Source of the DNA: Bilabrum cf. latius
Lineage: Eukaryota
Assembly: GCA_965178125.1 (NCBI GenBank)
Contig: OZ237738.1
Location: 1,364,001 to 1,428,000, forward strand
Direction of reading: 5' to 3'
DNA length: 64,000 bases
Under the pieces are notes generated by a model that did not search any database, had not been told where the DNA came from, and was given only the letters and a program-made list of their open reading frames with translations. This document shows positions 60,154 through 64,000 of this stretch, in pieces. The position numbers and the translations under genes are program-made. The stretch's first letter is position 1, and every line of letters begins with the position of its first letter.

Positions 60154-63100
60154 TCATTGCGGCTGCTTCCTCCTCTGCTTCCTGGGCGGTCGCCCGCCGC
60201 GAGCCTCGCCCAATGTACCGCCTTTCTTGGATGCCTTTGAAGCTGAATCGTCCTCTCGCTTTCGTTTTGATCCTAATCGCCGTCCTGATGCCTTCGAAGG
60301 ACCGGCAGATGAGGCGCCTTGCCCGGTTTCACCCGACGGTTCACCACCTGCAATGCCTCCGACCCGCCGGGCGGCCGCAGCTTGAGCAGCCTAGCGAGCG
60401 AGAATCCGATCGATGCTTCCCAACAGAAGCAATTTCTTCTTTTTGGCTGCGGAACCCCTTCCGGTTCCCCACGGCGCATCGATCGCCTGTTGCGTCATCC
60501 AGTGCACCACAAGGCCGAGCCCAACAACAGCAGTGCCGTCCGCCACAGCTCCTCGCATGGCCTTGCTCACCTTGTCTGCGACGATCAAAGCTGGTTCTCC
60601 GCTCTTCGCTGCATCTGCTACGGCGGCGAGGCTTCCCAGCGTGGCTCCGCATGCGGCGGCGAACGCCTTTTCGTGCTTCTTGCCAGCATGCGCATTGACA
60701 CCGCACAGGAGACGCCAGCCCTCCCCCTCCCACCCTGCCTCCTCCCCGCGCGCGTTCCTTCGGGCTATGCTGCCTTCGATCGTAAATCCGTTCTCCTTCT
60801 CTGCCGCCTCGTCGACCGCCACGTGCTCCGGGGAAGAGGGATCAACCACGACACCCTGCTCCCCGCACGCCTCGAGCCACGAGGGGCGTACCACGCAGCA
60901 GCGGCGGCTCAGCGCCACGAGCAGCTTCTCGGACCGGCGGCCGTCCCCCCTTGGCTTGAGCACGAGCACCGTCCCGTCCGACACCTCGTCCGCTAGCCTG
61001 AGCCCGATCGCCTTGAGGACGGCCTCGGCCTGCTTCTGCTCGCCCGCGTCGTAGTTGGACAGCACCACGTCCTTGGGGACGAAGCCGATGCCCTGGCCTG
61101 GGCCCGCCCCGCCTGCCCCCGAGGAGGGGCCGGAGGCGGGGGGGGCAGGGGCGGGGGGTCTAGCTGAGGAGGAGGCGCTGCTCGAAGATGAAGAAGGTTT
61201 CGATCTGGTGGAGCGCCGGCGGAGAAGGGGCGCCCCTGTCCCTGTCCCTGCCCCTGCCCATGCCCCCGCCCCCCCCGCCGAGGGGGGCGGGCCCGCGGCT
61301 GCCTGTGCGGAGGTCTCTGCTTCGTTCGGGGCCTTGGATGCCTTGCGGGTCCTCTTGGAATTCCTTGCTGCTGCTTGTCTGCCTCGCTTCGAGGAGGTCT
61401 TGGAACTCCCTTCAGCTGGCAGATCGTCCGATGGATCTTTCCCCGAATCCGGATCCTTCGCGCCTGGAGGGTCACCGGATATGGCTGGATCCGACACCGG
61501 ATCTTTGGATCCCTTCGGCTTTACGGCACTCTTCTTGCCTCGCTGTCCCTGTCTGCGCCGCCCTTTCCGGCCAGAACTGCTTGGCTCGGGTGCTCGCCCG
61601 GCGGGGCTGGCTGGCCTCTCGGCGCGGCCTTGGTCACCGCCATCGTGGGAGCTCGAGCCAGCTGCCAGGTCCTACTTGCGTTCGGGGTCGTTTCCTGGAG
61701 CCTTAACATCCTCACTTTTAGCTGCATCTACACCTTTGGCTTGTGCAGATCCCTACAGCTTGGAAGCAGCCGCAAGGCTCCCTTTGCGCTCGCTCTGCTG
61801 GCCACCGGAGCTCGCCGGGGATGCTGGCGGTCTCGTTGCAGCGGAGACAACTCCGGCCCGCGCCGCGACTAGGCTTGCTTCTGCCTTGCGCTCAGAGTCG
61901 TTGCTCTCATCGGCTTCAATCTGCTAGAATCTCGCTGCCGGCTGCGCGACATCCCCATCAGACTCGCCACCCGGCAGGCGTGCTGCAGCCATCCCTTCCG
62001 ATTCGTCGATGCCGTCTATTTCCTCGTCTTCGTCGCCTTCGTCCTCATCCTCACCACCATTCATGAGATGATCCCGGCTTCGTTTCTATGCAAGCAAAGA
62101 TTGGCGCCTGCCTAGCCTTGAGGCAGAGACGATGCCTCGACTTGGCCGTGTGCCATCACTGCCGGGTCCGATTTGGCGATGGCTGCCCCTATGATCGGAT
62201 GGAGAGCTAGGAAGCATCAATGGGACATCAGCATCGTCCATGCTGCCAAGTCCTAGTGCATCCTGGGTGTCCTCCATCACCATGGTGCCTCCTGCGTACA
62301 TGTCTGCCTCCCCGCTGACGTCCTACTCGAGGCCCATGCCAGAATCGGCCGCTTCAGCACCATCCTACTGGGAGCCTCTCAGCGATGTTGCCCTACCGCT
62401 CTATGGAATAGCCTCATCGTTCGCTCTATCGGCATCGTTCGCGCCGTTCGCGGCTGAGGATGAGCTACTGCTGCACGCGGTGCCAGCTGGACCGGCCTTG
62501 CCAGTGGCGGCCTACTGGCTGTCATGCTCTTGTTCGTTGTCATCGCCCGCGGCTTCCAAAGCTTGCGATGAGAGCCCAACATCAGGAATAGCTTGCGTCG
62601 GAGCGGTGGCAATGTCGCCGTACGCCTGAGTGGGAGCAGTGGCAACCGGCATGGTCTGAGCCGTCTGGCCTCCAGAGGACGAAGACGTAGATGACCCGCC
62701 CCGCGACGACCCCGACGCCACTCCCTCCTGCGCGTCCCAGTGGCGACCACCCGCAGCAGAGGGGTTGTTCTAGCCGTTTCCATCCACGGCACCTGCAGCT
62801 ACGTCGGCCGGGAGGACCTGCGTGGCATCATCATCATCGTCGTCTGCGTCTGCGTCCCAGGAGACCTCCCTCACTGCCTCTGCAGCGTCCTGTGCTTGCA
62901 CAGCTAGCGCGGCATCGTCTTGGGATCCTTCTGCAGGCCTGCCGTCGGCATTAGCTGCGGCTGCGGCTGAGCTGCTCGACGAGGCGGCACTACTACTGCC
63001 GCTATTGCTCGCTGCCTGCGCATCCACTTGCGAGGCTGGTGCAGACTGGGACGGGAGAGCGTCGAGCGCCTTGGCGACCGCAGAATCGGCTCTCGCGAGC

Positions 63101-63752
63101 ATCTGGCTGCCGACTCCGGACGTGTCGGCTGAGCCCGAGCTGGAAGCCTCACTTCTTGGGCTGGATGCAGGCTTGGGCGACTGCGCAGCCGCCGCTGATG
63201 CTGCTGTGGCCGGAACATGCGCGCCCTTCCCTTGATTCTCGCGTGGTGATGGCACCCCTATTGAAGACTGCGGAAGGTCAATAGCACCAATTCCCTTGCT
63301 CTTGGCGTTACTGCCGCCCGCACCTCCACCCACCGCCTCTTGAACTGTCTTTCCTCCTAGCACTGCCATGAGCTCTTCGGTTGAGGCTCCATCCTCATCG
63401 TCCCCAGTGTCGCGCAGCATGTCCTCTTGCTCCACCATGTCATCTTCTTCATCGTCATCATCATCGTCCTCGTCTAGGATACCATCTTGCGTGTTGTGGA
63501 CAGCAACTACTGTTCCTCTTTCCTTATCGGCTCCTTCATGCTGGCCCGCTGACCGCTCCACCTCGTCCCCGCCCTCCATGGGCACCTGGCCCGCTGCTGC
63601 TTCCGGAGTGCCACGGCCCGTTGCTCCCGGTGGCTCATCCCCCGGGTCAGTTTCAGCGTCAGTACTATCTCCATCGTCGTCTCCATCGCCGTCCGCATCA
63701 GTGTCCCCGGACTGCATGGGCGCCTGCTGAGCGGCAGCCGCGCTGCTGCTGC

Positions 63753-63787
<35 letters not shown>

Positions 63788-64000
63788 GTCGCAGGCGCGG
63801 GTTCAGGTGCGCCAGAGAGAGTTAAAGTGCTTTCTTGTGCTTTCCCAGGCCCGGCGCCGTCGGTACTCCCAGACGAGAGCTGGCCGAGTTGCATAGCAAC
63901 GTCGATGGAATCGGTAGCGAGGACCTGCTCCTCTGTCAGCAGCGGCCTCACTTTTTCGCTCTCAGCGGATGCTGCCTCTGAAGAAATCCCATCTGGCAGT
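60154..64000 (-). CDS. Tandem-BRCT DNA-damage mediator (MDC1/PAXIP1-like); 5' end outside the window
   Basis: RRSEKLLVALSRRCCVVRPSWLEAC...EKENGFTIEGSIARR...LLCG resembles MDC1-type BRCT. The upstream acidic disordered region has TQ/SQ and DTD-like motifs. One frame joined by TAG; TGA at 60154. Confidence 0.7.

Noticed and set aside
1-64000. Genes with internal TAG are pseudogenes
   Set aside because: The interruptions are only TAG, with no frameshifts and no internal TAA/TGA seen. Catalytic motifs and splice sites are intact in housekeeping genes such as IMPDH, AAT and Ras.
1-64000. Systematic C-to-T sequencing error or deamination producing TAG
   Set aside because: That should also create CAA-to-TAA and CGA-to-TGA stops and damage CAG splice acceptors, which I do not see. 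Raw reads are still needed for final exclusion.
1-64000. UAG as pyrrolysine, Leu, Tyr or programmed readthrough
   Set aside because: The conserved positions point to Gln. TAG is too frequent, even tandem, for recoding signals, and pyrrolysine is not known in eukaryotes.
1-64000. Ciliate-type code (UAA and UAG both Gln)
   Set aside because: TAA occurs at natural C-termini, for example directly after the Ras CaaX box, and was not found inside reading frames.
1-64000. Suppressor tRNA-Gln(CUA) or eRF1 gene within this window
   Set aside because: I recognised no cloverleaf or eRF1 motif by eye; the decoding machinery is presumably elsewhere in the genome.

Overview
This is gene-dense, GC-rich eukaryotic nuclear DNA with short GT-AG spliceosomal introns, probably from a heterotrophic protist (stramenopile affinity is an inference). 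I read about 20 protein-coding genes: a partial ankyrin protein, a GT77-like glycosyltransferase, mitochondrial aspartate aminotransferase, RPL5, a CDK10/11-like kinase, a Myb-like protein, a CCR4/PDE12-like nuclease, a hypothetical protein, a mid-SUN protein, cystinosin, a Ras-family GTPase, IMPDH, derlin, class II DAHP synthase, a ~4,900-aa USP deubiquitinase, a GH16 hydrolase, a mitochondrial carrier, an EF-hand/IQ/WW/B-box protein, an Iwr1-like/ankyrin protein and a partial MDC1-like BRCT protein. The main discovery is a variant nuclear genetic code. Every gene except RPL5 contains in-frame TAG, and several TAGs fall on strongly conserved Gln positions (Ras DTAG[Q], AAT HITS[Q]IGMF, IMPDH A[Q]KEGGVH, DAHP synthase K[Q]QP, carrier L[Q]PLDV). 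All 20 gene ends are TGA (16) or TAA (4). The simplest reading is UAG=Gln with UAA and UGA still stops, a rare uncoupling of UAG and UAA. The supplied standard-code ORF track is therefore fragmented. I found no rRNA, tRNA or CRISPR. Gene models were traced by eye and need computational confirmation.
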